DNA of 64,000 nucleotides from Paraspadella gotoi (Eukaryota > Animalia > Chaetognatha): the NCBI GenBank assembly GCA_051294375.1, contig CM119268.1:14352471-14416470 (forward strand), read 5' to 3'. The translations under genes were made by a program, and so were the position numbers. Shown piece by piece: positions 25,612 through 50,534 of the stretch; the stretch's first letter is position 1; each line of letters begins with the position of its first letter. The notes under the pieces were generated by a model. That model had not been told where the DNA came from, ran no database searches, and saw only the letters and a program-made list of their open reading frames with translations.

Positions 25612-25916
25612 CCACGCGCCACAGTAACGATGTGAAAAGAGTATTGAGCGGATAGCAATGACTTCAACCGTCAATTCGGCGGAAAACGTAGATGAAAGTC
25701 GCATTAAAACCCTCGCCACCCTTTTTTTGCCAGGACCCTTCCACCCAGCCTTGGCACCGCCACCCGTCCCAGCCCCATGGTCGCCTCCCTTCTCCCGACA
25801 CCACCCGCCACCAAATGCGAGGTTGATGGAAACAAATGGTTCGAGCGCGGCTGGTGGGCGCCGCGCGTAACAGGTGCGGCGGTCGCGACAGTGACGTCTC
25901 GATCCCGGTTCGCGGC
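25612..25916 (-). CDS. Candidate internal exon (unknown product)
   Basis: Long pyrimidine tract + tttttAG acceptor (25918-25917) and donor tgg|GTaaat. The 305 nt are open in one frame (REPGSRRHCRDRRTCYARRPP...RYCGAW). Non-repetitive and GC-richer, but no recognisable domain. Confidence 0.2.
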
Positions 25917-26000
25917 CTAAAAAGTGAAAAGCGGAGAGAGAAAAAAAAGAAGGAAAAACACGAAGGGGAAGAAATGGGGGGGGGGAATGGGAAAAACACA

Positions 26001-26100
26001 GAGAGACAGAGAGACAGAGAGACAGAGAGACAGAGAGACAGAAGGACAGAAGGACAGAAGGACAGAAGGACAGAAAGACAGAAGGACAGAAGGACAGAAG
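26001..26100 (+). repeat. 8-mer tandem repeats, (gagacaga)n then (gaaggaca)n
   Basis: Direct reading. Confidence 0.9.
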
Positions 26101-26111
26101 GGCAGAGAGAA

Positions 26112-26152
<41 letters not shown>

Positions 26153-26249
26153 AATTCTTATTCCTTCTTTTTTTTCTTCGTCGTTTAGCCTGAGATGTTT
26201 TCGGGAGAAGGGAAAGAGAGGAAAACCCAGGTGTTTATTGTCGTGGTGG

Positions 26250-26347
<98 letters not shown>

Positions 26348-27357
26348 ATATGAACAGGGAAAGTGGGAAAGAGTGAGACATGCTCGCGCAATATGTAATG
26401 CATTACAGATGCAACAAACATAGGATGACGAAGACTCTAACGACGACGACGAGAATGACAATGACGACGACGACGAAAACTGCCGAAGGAAATCGCAGTT
26501 TCGGGTGAACTCTGCGGCCGAAGCCAAATTTTTTGGGCGAAAGACGAAAGAAAAGGTTTTTTTTTTTTTGTTCGATAAAAGGTGATAATGAGGGAACGAG
26601 AGAGGAGAAGAAAAAGAGAGGGGAGAGAAGAAAGAGAGGGGATGAGTAGAGAGGAGAGAGGAAAATAGAAAGAGAAGAGAAGAAAAATAACGAAAGAAGC
26701 GAGTGATTGAAAAGAGGGAAAAAGAGAGAAAATGAAAGGAGAGATAGAGAATAAAAAAAGTAAAAAAAATCCAGAAAAAAATAAAAAAAACCGAAAATTA
26801 TTAATAAATAAACATCAAACAATCGGTGTCAAAATATATTTAACAAAATAAATAAAAACAGAGCAAAACATTAAGTGGATGTATCGAGAGTTTGAATTGT
26901 TGAAACCAGAAAAGGGCAGAGAAGCCGGCCAGCCTTTTCTCGGATGACGACGATGATGCAACCGACAAAAATGTAGGTTTTTTTCCCAGGGATTAGCCTT
27001 TTCTTGAAAAAAAAAAATACTTTCTCTATTTTGAGGGGGGTCATGCTTTTAGAGACGATATTCGTTAGTATGTGTAGAGAAAGGAATAGTTTTCGTGAGT
27101 GAATAAATTATTTATATCATATTTTTAATTTTTAAATTCGTTTTACGAATATTTTTGTACTCTTTTTATATTTTTTAGGTCGTAATATATTTTCCCCTTT
27201 ACCGTAGAATCGTTCAATGTTAATGTTAATGTTAATGTAAATCGTTTAAAAGTCGTCGCATGTTAATGACGGATAATTTGTTCGTTTTTTTTTGCAATCG
27301 TCAATCAATGTAAGGATTTTTTCCCCTCTAATCATCTAATATTTCATGATCAGAGTC

Positions 27358-27388
<31 letters not shown>

Positions 27389-28679
27389 TAAAGAAGAAAA
27401 TAAAAAGTGAGGGAAAGAAGGAGAACGAGAAACAGAAATTTCCTCTCCCCTCCCAAGTACCCAAGTTTCTCCCCATAGAGTTAAGATTAACGCAACAAAG
27501 AGCAGTAATTTGAATATGCAAATGAATTCGCAGTTTGTATCATTAGTTTTTATTAGACAATATGGGACTTTTATAGCATTTGAGAGAAAGAGAGAGGGAG
27601 AGAGAGAGAGAGAGAAAGTTAAAGTTAAATAGTTCAACTATTGATTGTTCTTGCCGTTTTCAAAATGAGAATGAAGATATTTTTTTTGGATGTTCTACTA
27701 TTTAGATTTAAAAAAAACCTAAAATAGGAGAGAAAGAAAGAATTATAGAAGGACCTTAGGACACAGATAGTTTGTGGACGGAGAGCGCCAAATTGGCCGT
27801 TATCTCCGTTGCTCTCTTTTCCTCTTCACGTACATCCTCCAAAACTGGTCATGACGTGAGAGACGAGAGAGAAAGACGTCATTTTTAGTTCACTTTGTGT
27901 ATTTTTTTAAAAATATTATTTCGCATGATTAGACTCCAAATAATAAAACTGACTCCCAGACTGACTGAATTCATAAACAGCGACCTTATATCACAGCCCA
28001 AAAAGAAATGTTTAAAAAATGCGCAACGAAACCGAATGAAAAAAACTAAACGCAAAAACTGACGTCGACGATTTTGCGTCTCTCTCCCCCACTATTTTTT
28101 TCTCTTTCTTTCACAAAAAAAAGAGATGGCGCTGTGACCTGTCGGCGCCCTCGACCTCATCCGTCATTCGGCGCCGGAATTCGAAAGAAAAGAAAAACCG
28201 GCGTCTTTTTCTTTTTTTTTTCCGCCCCGATTCTTCGAAGAGACCCGCATTTTTTTAGGAAACCATTTTTTCTTTTGGGCCGAGTAAAATATTACAAATG
28301 TATCTTTTAAAAAGGAAATTAACATTAACATAATTAACATAATTAACATAAGTATAAGACAGAGAGCTATTTTCTTTTCTTTCCAGAGGATTCAAAAATA
28401 ATCACGCACAAGCTATTGTGAATTTCTTTGACACTTATCTTGTTATGTTTTATCATAACGCTGAATGTTTAATAACGATAAAACCAGAGGGCGAGGAAAC
28501 AAAAATAAAGAAAAGAACATCCTTGACCTTTTCATATTCGACTTAACCGATACACGCAAAGCCTACGACGTCAAGAACGACGTTATTATTATCCACGCTC
28601 TTAAATTGCGCTTGAAATTCCGTTTGGTCAAACCTTGACCCCATTTTACAACAAATATTGAATGCTAGACGTTCTCATA

Positions 28680-28721
<42 letters not shown>

Positions 28722-29374
28722 TCTTTCAGTTGCGGTCGGCAGATGGAGTCGCGGTCAAAGTCATTTGCCGCAGACTCTGGGACAAATTTCGTCGTTAAAG
28801 GCAGATGCACGATTGCACGCGCACCTGAGAACCAACTTTGAATCTTCTCTGCTCCTCTTTTTTTCTTTTTCTTTCTTGAGTCCAGCACCCCGACTTGCCG
28901 ATTATATTGTTAACCTGTCTCTATATTCCTCTACCTTTTCAGCCTTCCACCAACCACTTTCTTTATCACTTTTATTCCGCTTTATTTCCTTTCTTTCCCC
29001 AACTGTTGCTTCCTTCACAAAACTATCTTCTTATTTCCCGCTTTTCCTTTTTTCCCCCACCCATCCTTTTTTTCCCCCTCATTTTCCTCCCCATTATCCC
29101 CGCTTTTTCCTTCCCCCTCTTCCCCCTTCTCACCCCCCTCCCCACTCGGACCGAAGGGGCAGCGAGGGCGGGGAGTCGAATCTCGCAGGGATGATTGACC
29201 AGCAAAAGGATCATAAATCAGGTGAGGGAGAAAAAACCTCCAGCGCCGGGCGGATTTTGAAAAATAGGAAAAAGGGAAAAAAAATGAACTGAGGTTTTGA
29301 AAAAAAAAAGGAGAAAGATATTTTTCTAACGATATTTTCTCTCTCTCTCTCTCTCGGCTCTCTCTCTCTCTCTC

Positions 29375-29406
<32 letters not shown>

Positions 29407-30293
29407 CTCTCTCTCTCTCTCTCCTCCTCTCGTCTCTGCTCTCTGCTCTCACAGTGGTGAATGCGTAAGCGAGCGTGGGAAAGCGACCGCGTTTTCTCGG
29501 TCGGGTATTTTTTCGTACGTGCGTCGAGGCGCGTGCGTTTACCGTTCTCCAAAAACGCGCCAAGGGTCGCCGGAATTCCTCTCGTACTTCTCAATGATTT
29601 ATTGTACGTCTTAAAAAGTTTTATTCTTTGGGTTTTTCGAGGTGGTGGGGTAAGAGGAAAAAATAAGAATAAGGGGAAAAATATTGGAGAGTTTTTCCGC
29701 TCGCTTCACTCGAGAAAGGTAAGAAGCGCGTGTGTCGCTTCTGCTTATGGATTTGTCGGTAAAAATCCCGCGGTTTTTGTTGATGTTTGTTTGCGCCTAA
29801 GAAGTTCTCTTTCCATCTTTTTTTTTCTCTTTCTTTCCTTAATTCTACATTTTTTTCCTTACTTATTTCTAAAATAATTTCTTTTCCTAGTTACAGTGAA
29901 TCGAAATACACTTTTTTTCAAATTTAAAATTATAAAAAAAAAAAAATTAGCCACTCTCTTCTTGAAGCGCTAATTATTTTTTTCAATTACCCTCAACAAC
30001 CCAAGTCCGGGACGCCCCCCCCGTCCCCCGTTCTTATTCCCGACACTCCTCCCCCCTCGACCCTCCGTTTTCACCCCCTTTCCAACATATTCAGTCGATC
30101 GCGCAGTAGAGAGCAGTTGTTTCTGACGAAATCGCGTTAACGCGACGCAATGATAATTCCATTGAACCTTTCGTTACAAGGTTCTAAAAATTCAGTTTCA
30201 AAAACTCGAAGCTTCTCGCCCCAAGTCACCGTCGAAGGTCTCGACTTGTTTGACGGTTTTGGCTCCAATTCATAAATATGTATCAAAAGCCGG

Positions 30294-30367
<74 letters not shown>

Positions 30368-31574
30368 AGAGGAGAGAAGAGAGTTTATGCAGCCCAGAGG
30401 CACCACTGGCTCCCAGGGCCCCGTCGGCACCATGGGCGGTTTTGCGCCGAGTTCACCTCCCCATAGAAATTAAATGCCACGCCCACTAACGTTCGGGTTG
30501 AATTCCGCAACATCGATTTTGACGAACGAAACCGTTTTAATCTTAAAGCGAGCCGACGCGATTGAAGTTGGAACGCGCTGATTGGTCCGTCACAATGATA
30601 ATCTGTCGCGTAATTCGATCGCAGTATTGTCGGATGTTTAGGGCTAAAAATCCGGTCAATTTCGTGTCTTAATTTCTTGTACGGGATTGAGACATAAAGA
30701 GTAAAAAAAAAAAAAACAGGTAACTGAGTCGTTAACCTCCCAGGTTGAATCTAGCGAAACCTCGCAACATCTGGTGGACCAAAATCGAGTCGGTCAACTG
30801 GGTAAGGCTCGACCTTGAGTCGAAGTGCGGGTAAGAAATACTGCGGACGGGAACCAGTGAGAGAGATTTGTATCGAGAGGGTGAGTGGTACGAGTGCTGA
30901 CTGTGAACGAGAGTGATTCGAGGACAGTTAAGTAGTTAACATCGTTGACGTCGTTCGGTGGTCGGTCGAGCGTCGCTCTTTAATTGGCTCCATTAGTCCG
31001 AGTTTGTTTCCGAAACTTCAGGGGGAAAAAAAAACCCTAAGGCGCCAACAGTTCTCCTATAACTACTGCGCCGATTGGTGAACATCTGTTTTTAAGGAAG
31101 AACGCTTTCTCACTCGTTTCTCTTTCAACGCGAAACTGTTTTCAAAATCGCTACCGATTCCTCTGCACAAAAGTTTACCCAAAAAAAAAAAAAAAAATTA
31201 TTCCGCGATTTATAAATAATTTAAATGAAGTCCCGATTCCCGAATAAAAAAAAATTCACTCCAACACATTCCAAAAAAAAAAGTGTGTTCGACTTTCATT
31301 GAAGGATGAAGACCCGAAGGGAGAAAGAAATCTGCAAAGCGAAAATTTTGCTTTTCTGCTTTTTTTTTTCGCCTGTCAAAATTTTGCTTTATTGTTTTAT
31401 TTCTTTGCTTTACCGTGTTCTTTGCGTTTTCAATTTTTGCTTTTTTTTTTGCTTTTTTAACTGTTTTCTCCATAGCACTTCGGGTTTTTTTTTTGCTTTA
31501 TTCTTTCGTTTTTCCGCTATTCTAACTTCTAAGCTTCCTCAGGAGTCGGGCCTCTTTTTTTAGTTTTCATCTTC

Positions 31575-31700
31575 TGCTTTTTCCAACTTTTGCTTTCCTC
31601 CTTTCCTTCTCGGCTTCTTTTTGCTTTTTTCCTTTACTTGTCTGCTTTTTTTTTGCTTTCCTCCTTCCTTTCTCGGCTTCTTTTTGCCTTCCTCCCCTTC
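31575..31700 (+). repeat. Degenerate ~60-nt tandem repeat
   Basis: tttgctttcctcct..cctt.ctcggcttctttttgc occurs twice (~31589 and ~31651). Confidence 0.7.
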
Positions 31701-32451
31701 TCTGCTTCTTTCCTTAGCTTCTTCGGTTCGGGGCTTCGGTTCCGCTCGACTCGCCTCCAACGTAAACACGCGACTCGGCAAAGATGGGGTACAGGGAAAT
31801 CGGAAATAACGAAATCTATTAGATCGCGAGAGAGTTTGACGCGTGCGTGCCAAAGAATTACTGGACTGTATTTGTTAAAAAAATTTTACTGTAAGAATTC
31901 TGATCTTCGTTTTGTATTATGTTAAAAATTATTTCATTGTAGGAACTGTTCAAGAGGTTGATTTTTTTTTGTATTTGGTTTTCTTTTCGACTTGTCACAC
32001 TTAATAATAGTGGGAGGTTGGAAATATTGGTTTCGCCTGTATGGTTTCGCCTATATTTAATTAGGGTACGGAAGGCAAAAAGTTCCAGAAGGCATTGAAA
32101 ATATAGAAGGTTTATAGAAGACTGTAATCAGTGCTTTTGCTTAGTGTTATGAATGTTAAGGTTGGAAGAAAATAATTTTATTGACAGGTTTTTAATTTTC
32201 ATAATTAACTATTACAACTCTTAAAACGTGCGATGTTGAAATTTTCCTAATATGTGAGGCCAAAAAAAGTAATCTCGGTTAAAAGTAAATACCGTATTGC
32301 CATATGCAAATTGCCTAAATATTATTTTTCATTTCTTTTCGAGTTATAAAAGTCCAATTTACCATTACCTTTTATTTAATAAACACATTAAACTAAATAT
32401 TTAACAGTCTCCAAAACGTAAGATACAATCCATACAACATCATTACGACTC

Positions 32452-32608
32452 TCATCGAACTCGAAGGACGCGGCCAATGGGCCTTCCCTTCAAAGACGGA
32501 AGATTCATCGAAGCCTCGTCCTTAAAAAGCCGAAAGCCAAACATCGACGTCTTCGGTGCCACGGAGTCTTTATCGCCACCGGTTGACCTACAAAACGGGG
32601 CGTTAGTC
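32452..32608 (-). other. Strong 3' splice site with branch point and downstream candidate exon
   Basis: Minus strand: GACTAAC (32608-32602) gccccgttttgtAG | exon from 32587. Longest frame STGGDKDSVAPKTSMFGFRLFKDEASMNLPSLKGRPIGRVLRVR*. Confidence 0.25.
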
Positions 32609-33988
32609 AAAGCTCGTAGGCACATCAGCGCCCGGGCTGCGCGCCGCCCCCTCCTCCGAAGTAAAAAGAAAAACTCATTTGCATATTCGAGCGAAAAACC
32701 TTTTCTCTTTTTTTTTTCTCTTGTTTTTTTTTTTTTTTTTTTGATATATTTGTTTCGTTTAGCGAACATCAGAGGGAAAGAGTAGAACTTCTGGCAAGGA
32801 GAGAGAAAGAGTGAGTGAGTGTAAGAGAGAGACAGAGAGAGAGAGAGTCAGAGAGAGAGAAAGAGAAATCATTTGGTTCTAAATTGAAGGTTTCAACTTA
32901 CAAACGAAAAAAAATTAGTGGAAACTGAACAAAAAAAGTAAAAGTTAAATTCGAAAAAAAGAAAATGAAATAAATGAGAGAGAAAAACCAAGAAAGAAGG
33001 GAAAAAAAAGTGTAGAAATGTGGATAACTAGAATTGCTCCTTGAATGAAACCCACTTTTTTCTCTCATATTTTACTTTCTCAATTGTACTTTACTTTTCC
33101 CTGTTCAATTTTATCTCTTTTTTCTTGATTATTTCTCATTCGAAGTCATCCGTTGCTCATTTCCCTATATTCTCCCCCCATATATCCGATCTTTCACTCA
33201 TTTCCATTTAATTTTATCTGTTTCCCATTTTCCTTTGTTACCCTTTACCCTTAAAGAAAATCAGTTCCATTTCCTCTTTATTTCCCTCCTCTCCTCCCCA
33301 CCCTCTCTCTCTCTCCTCTTCCACCTCCCCCCTCCCACCTCCCACCTCCCCCCTCCCTATTCCGCTCCTCTTCTCTTAGTTTTCCATTTTCATCTTTTAT
33401 CCCTTTTCGTTCCCAGGAGCGCGGGTTCATTTCGTCGTCGTTTTCCTCTTCCCCCTCCCATCGAAAATACACGTGATTCTCCTCCTCCTCCGCCTATTTT
33501 ATGACCCATGACCGAGGGGCAACAATAACAAGGAAGATGGAAGCCAAGACCATCGATGCCGGCCTCACAAATCTCGGAACGAAGAAGCTGTCATCAATTC
33601 CAAAGCCGAAGTCGATGTCACAAATCTTAGAGCGACTGCGAATGACAGAAAAAAAAACAAAAACGAGTGATAACAAGGTCAAAATGTCACGAATGCATTC
33701 ATCAGGACTATGCAATAAGAAAAACATTTATTCACGTTTAAAATTGTTTCGCCAAAAAATCTCAATTTAAACAAATAATATTTTAAAAAATATCTTTTTA
33801 ACCACTCGGTTATTATACGCACTTTTACGCAGTCACTACAACAACCCATCTCGTTTCTAATCATTGGATAGACTTAATTAGCCAATTAGAATTTTGTGAC
33901 TGAAACTTTGCTTAACCCTCAGAAGCGCGGCATGAAATAAATCTCAAAACAAAACGTCGTCACGGTATCACCGGCGAGGCCACAGCAG

Positions 33989-34074
<86 letters not shown>

Positions 34075-34223
34075 AGGAGGAGAGACTGACGATAAAATCA
34101 CACAAAACCTTCCCGCGGATCGACATTTCACTTTTTTTCGTTGTTTTCTCTTCTTTTGTTCTCGAAACTTCTTATTCACTTACCTCTCACATTTCTCAAC
34201 CTCACGCATTTCTCACGTCAGCA

Positions 34224-34386
34224 TTTTTGGTTGCGCCGCGAGTACTCGCGGAGCAACTCTATAAGTCACTTTTCGGTCGGTCTACGATCTGTCTGTCTGT
34301 CTGTCGGTCGGTATGTCTGTCCGTCGGTCTGTCTCACTTACGCTAAAAATGTATATAATTCGCCTATAGTTGGTTGCTCATTTGTT
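34224..34386 (+). mobile_element. Non-autonomous Helentron / DINE-1 (HINE)-like element
   Basis: T-run, 28-bp near-perfect palindrome gttgcgccgcgagtactcgcggagcaac (34230-34257), (CTGT/CGGT)n microsatellite (34274-34333), 3' inverted copy gttgctc (34373-34379), ending in ttgtt. This is the known HINE/DINE-1 layout. Confidence 0.65.
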
Positions 34387-34797
34387 AAGACAGAAAAAAA
34401 CCTTTAATTTAAGTGACTGCTAGCGCCGCCTTCAGAATATCCTAAAACTATAAGGAATAAAAGACGGAATTTCGCTGCAGTGCATACAGTTTTTTGGTCA
34501 CGCCATGTCATGTCAAGACATATCATGTAATCAAAGAGAAATACTCGTGAAAATAAAGTCACGGCGGCGCAACACATTGGAATCACCTTTCTTGTTTTCT
34601 TTCGGAGGTGGGGGGGGGGTGAGGGTCGACCTTCTTCTTCAATTCATATCAACTCGAAGTCTCATCCCGACAACCCAGGCCCCCCTCTTACCCTCCACCT
34701 CGGCCTCCTTATCAGTTCGTCTCTCTCCCTCAACAAGAAGAACAATAGCGAAGTTTCCAAGTTTTAACTTCCTTCCTTGGCAACAAAAAGAGAATCG

Positions 34798-34929
<132 letters not shown>

Positions 34930-35130
34930 AGATATGGTGAGTAAAAAAGCAAAGGGAGTGGGGTTGAGAACGGGCAGAGATTCTTGTTCGGCGTCGGCAG
35001 CGTCGCTCCGGCGGCTGCGGCGGCTGCGACTGCGGCGGGGGGCAATAAAAGACGACGACCGGGATAAATGTCATCATCGAATCTTTTTCCCACAAATCGT
35101 TTCGCTCAATCTTCTTTCCATTTTCCTCCG

Positions 35131-35226
<96 letters not shown>

Positions 35227-35867
35227 CTTCTTAGCACCCATCCCTCATCACTTTAGTCTTATCGGGCGGTCGCCTCTACGGGGGGCCGAGGATGGCGAGG
35301 TCCCGAGTTCAAGACCCGACCTTAACCTTTGATGAAAAAAGAAATCGGTAGTTGCGGTAATCGATGCAACGAAAGGTTAACAACGTAACAAATAACAACA
35401 ACAACGACAACGAAGACGAAAAAGAAAACTCCAAAAATGAGTGATTCTTGTTAAAAGAAGCCGATAAAAAGCAAGTCACGAATTCCAGGTGAATCCAATG
35501 GTAGAAAACAGAAGATAATTGTTCACTGTCGTGATCTCGTTCCGGGGAAACGTTTGGCTAATTCTTTCAGCGACAACTAATTTTATAATTATCATTTTGA
35601 AGGTCAAAGTCCAATAATTTTAGAATATATTTAATTTACCAACCGGATTTTTAATATTGTTTCATTCTCTCCCAATTGAATTCTATTCTTGACTTTACAA
35701 GCTGAACTTGACAGATAAATCCCATCTTTTAATTTTCAATTTTCCTCTTTTTTTTTAAGGGGGGAGGGGGAGGGAGAGGAGGGAGGGGAAGAAGAGAGTA
35801 CGACTTGGGACAGAAAAGTAGTGTATCCTTCTTTTATCTTGGGTTCGCTGGTCCACCAATTGAGAGA

Positions 35868-46567
<10,700 letters not shown>

Positions 46568-46569
46568 AG

Positions 46570-46652
<83 letters not shown>

Positions 46653-47067
46653 CTCTTCGTCGTTTCTCCCTCTGNNNNNNNNNNNNNNNNNNNNNNNNNT
46701 CCGTGTCAGTTTCAATTTTTTTTCCATCCATAAAACTAATTTCCCCCGGATTTAATTTAAATATTTTCCGTTTCTTTTAAATTTCCTTTTTCAATTTTTT
46801 TTTCTTTCTCTGGCCGAAAGTTTTCTCACGAGACTCATTCCTCGAATTAAAAGAAAAACCCCGCACGCCGCGCAGAGACTGATATTCTGATATTCGATAA
46901 ATAAACTTTCAAATTTCTTTACACGTTTTTCGGAAGAAAAAACATTTCTCAACCTCGGAATGTTTGAAAAGAGGACGAGAGAGACAGAGAGATAGACCAT
47001 GATAGAGATACTTTTTTTTTAATCGCGGGCCTTTGCGCAAATATAGACAAAGAGCGAGCGGGAGAGA

Positions 47068-47106
<39 letters not shown>

Positions 47107-47258
47107 TCACGTTTGCTTTTCCCGGCTTTTTTCATTTATGGGTTTTTCTTGGTTTCTATCTTCGGCGACCACGGTTTCCCCAAGGGCGTGTCTCTCCTCT
47201 CTCTCTCTCTCTTCTCTTCTCATCTTCTCTCTCTCCTCTCTCTCTCTTTCCTCTCTCA

Positions 47259-47332
<74 letters not shown>

Positions 47333-47523
47333 GCAGGACCCAAAACAGCATCGAATCGGCACATCGAGTCCCCCCGGAAGGTTGTTGGGTATTTTTTTTT
47401 CATTTAATGATAGATCGGAGATTGGACAACCCCCCTCGATAGTTGGATAACCCGTGACTTTTCCAAGATCGATCAGTCTCTTCTCACCAACCTTAAATTC
47501 GAACGTCTCATTTTCCTCTCGTC

Positions 47524-47553
47524 TGACCAGTGACCACTGACCAGTGACCAGTG
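47524..47553 (+). repeat. 7-mer tandem repeat (tgaccag)n running into an ~800-N gap
   Basis: tgaccag tgaccac tgaccag tgaccag tg|NNN. Confidence 0.85.
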
Positions 47554-48358
47554 NNNNNNNNNNNNNNNNNNNNNNNNNNNNNNNNNNNNNNNNNNNNNNN
47601 NNNNNNNNNNNNNNNNNNNNNNNNNNNNNNNNNNNNNNNNNNNNNNNNNNNNNNNNNNNNNNNNNNNNNNNNNNNNNNNNNNNNNNNNNNNNNNNNNNNN
47701 NNNNNNNNNNNNNNNNNNNNNNNNNNNNNNNNNNNNNNNNNNNNNNNNNNNNNNNNNNNNNNNNNNNNNNNNNNNNNNNNNNNNNNNNNNNNNNNNNNNN
47801 NNNNNNNNNNNNNNNNNNNNNNNNNNNNNNNNNNNNNNNNNNNNNNNNNNNNNNNNNNNNNNNNNNNNNNNNNNNNNNNNNNNNNNNNNNNNNNNNNNNN
47901 NNNNNNNNNNNNNNNNNNNNNNNNNNNNNNNNNNNNNNNNNNNNNNNNNNNNNNNNNNNNNNNNNNNNNNNNNNNNNNNNNNNNNNNNNNNNNNNNNNNN
48001 NNNNNNNNNNNNNNNNNNNNNNNNNNNNNNNNNNNNNNNNNNNNNNNNNNNNNNNNNNNNNNNNNNNNNNNNNNNNNNNNNNNNNNNNNNNNNNNNNNNN
48101 NNNNNNNNNNNNNNNNNNNNNNNNNNNNNNNNNNNNNNNNNNNNNNNNNNNNNNNNNNNNNNNNNNNNNNNNNNNNNNNNNNNNNNNNNNNNNNNNNNNN
48201 NNNNNNNNNNNNNNNNNNNNNNNNNNNNNNNNNNNNNNNNNNNNNNNNNNNNNNNNNNNNNNNNNNNNNNNNNNNNNNNNNNNNNNNNNNNNNNNNNNNN
48301 NNNNNNNNNNNNNNNNNNNNNNNNNNNNNNNNNNNNNNNNNNNNNNNNNNNNNNNNNN

Positions 48359-48496
48359 AAAAAGAGAAGAGATTCTTCAGAATAAAACTCTGGAAGAAGG
48401 CGGAGGATTTCTTTCGCAGATTCTCGATGCGATTTCAAAATTCGTTTCTTTCTTTCCTCATTTTTTTTGCTTCATTGAGTCTCTCTCTCTCTCCTA

Positions 48497-48527
<31 letters not shown>

Positions 48528-48952
48528 CTAACTCGATCGTCTCTCCTCATCTGCTCTCTCGTCTCATCTGTCTAATGCACTGTTTCTATTCAAAAGCCGT
48601 GTGGGAACATGTCAGTTATCAACATAATCACTTATCGTTATCAACAGGCACGCTTCCAGCTCCGATGTCTATCACCGCTCACGCGCTCACCCTTATCCTT
48701 CTCTATCTTCTGTCTTTTCCTCCTCTCAATTTCCTGACCATTTCTCCATCCCCTCCTCCTCCTATCTCCTCCCTCAGCAGCTTTCCCAGTTTTTAATGAG
48801 AGTTTCAAGTTTTCATCTGAAATTTCTTTTTTATTGCTTCTCTTTCCAACTGATTTCTATATTAATTTTTCCCTCTCTCTCTCTGAATCAGATTTCCACC
48901 AAACGGACAAATCGTTTCAGTTTTTTTAAAAGCTTGGCTTTGAACGACAGAT

Positions 48953-49023
<71 letters not shown>

Positions 49024-50480
49024 AATTACGATTTTCTTTTTGATTAAATGACCCCTAGTGTTTCAAGGTGGAACTTTTAATGTCTTCCTTTCTCAACCGA
49101 AGTATTTTTTTCCGAGGTAACGTCATATTAAATGTTTAAGTAGACCTTAGAGGTATTGTTATTCTTAGCCTTGGGCGAATATGCGACAATAGAGAATTTT
49201 TTTTGTCCTCTTGAAAAAAAAAAGGTGATGCGGGTGACCTTAAACCTTTGATTTGTTTTGGCCCCGAGGGAAGCATTAGTTCCACGAATTTCCGCTTTTG
49301 TCTCATTTTGCTATTTTTCTCGTCGTCGTCGTCATCATCCACGTCGACCCCGTCTCTTCCATTGACGCGAGTTTCCCCTCACGCAGAATTCGAGATTTTA
49401 AATATTAATAGAAAAGATTGAAAAAAAAAATGAAAAAGGAAAGAAAACCTTTTTCGACAACAAAAACACGGAAGACAAGCGAACTATGACGACGACGACA
49501 GAGATGAATACGACGACGACGACGACGACCTGCGTCGCTGTTTTCGCCACCGATTTCATGGTTTCCGCTTCTCCAAGTCTCTTTTTTTTTCCGCTCCTGT
49601 AAGTCCGCTCTCCTCCCGTCTCGAAATCGCTCCTGCCCTTTCCCAAATTGAGATCTCTCCTCGCTCCCCGCGATCGCTTTTGTTTTTCTTCCTTGGTCTT
49701 GCATCTTTTAATTAATTATTTTCCAGTCTTGCAGATTGGAGTTTTTTTTTCCCCGCCCTTTTCTATCCTCTTCTCCTCCTGCTCTCTCTTCTCGTCTCAG
49801 TACTGCTCCTCTGCTCTCTCTGCCTCTCTCTCTCTCCTGCTCTCTCATCTCGGCTGGCGTCCCCTATCATCTCTCTCTCTTCTCTCGTCATCTCTCTCTC
49901 TCAGTCTCTCCTTCGTTCTCCCTACTCGCTCCTCGTCCTCTGCTCTCTCTCCTCTCTCACTCCGCTCAATTCGTTTTTCCCTCCCTTTTGTTTTTATGCT
50001 TGTGATTTCTGTTTTTATGCTTTTTACGTTACGAAGAGAAAAGTGCCGTTCCCTCGGGTCTTCATTTTTGTTTAATTCTGTTTTGTTTGTTGTTTGCTTT
50101 TTTTTTTATGTTTATCGCAGCACAAGAAATAGCGTTTTTGCCAATAATTCGAACGGTGAAAAAGGAATATTTATATATAAGTTAGAAACTATAAAAAAAN
50201 NNNNNNNNNNNNNNNNNNNNNNNNGTCTTTTTTTTATTCTGTTTTGTTTGTTTCTTTTTTTTTAATGTTTACGCACAAGAATACGTTTTGCATATATCGA
50301 CGAAAAAGGAATTTTATATTAGAAACTAAAAAAAAGAGAAAGAAAAAAAAAGGGAGGATTCGCTTTTTTTTCGGATGCAAATTTTACGACTTAAGAAAAA
50401 GATCAGTGGAAATTCGCGATAAGCCGAAGATGCAATTAATTCTGCTCGGATTTCTTCCAATATTTCGATAAAAAGAGGAA

Positions 50481-50534
<54 letters not shown>

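Noticed and set aside
28761-28826. Cys-rich minus-strand peptide CACNRASAFNDEICPRVCGK* with an amidation-like end
   Set aside because: Upstream sequence is purine-rich (poor acceptor), there is no signal peptide, and it is too short to distinguish from chance.
30387-30473. Gly-X-Y run (GTTGSQGPVGTMGGF) suggesting a collagen exon
   Set aside because: Only five triplets, preceded by a purine tract rather than a pyrimidine tract, with no donor and a stop shortly after.
31560-31853. ORF beginning MARTRQT, resembling the histone H3 N-terminus
   Set aside because: The start codon is TTG, similarity ends after 7 residues, and there is no histone fold.
33501-33770. 89-aa Lys-rich ORF MTHDRGAT...
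   Set aside because: No recognisable domain or flanking splice signals; within chance length for A-rich sequence.
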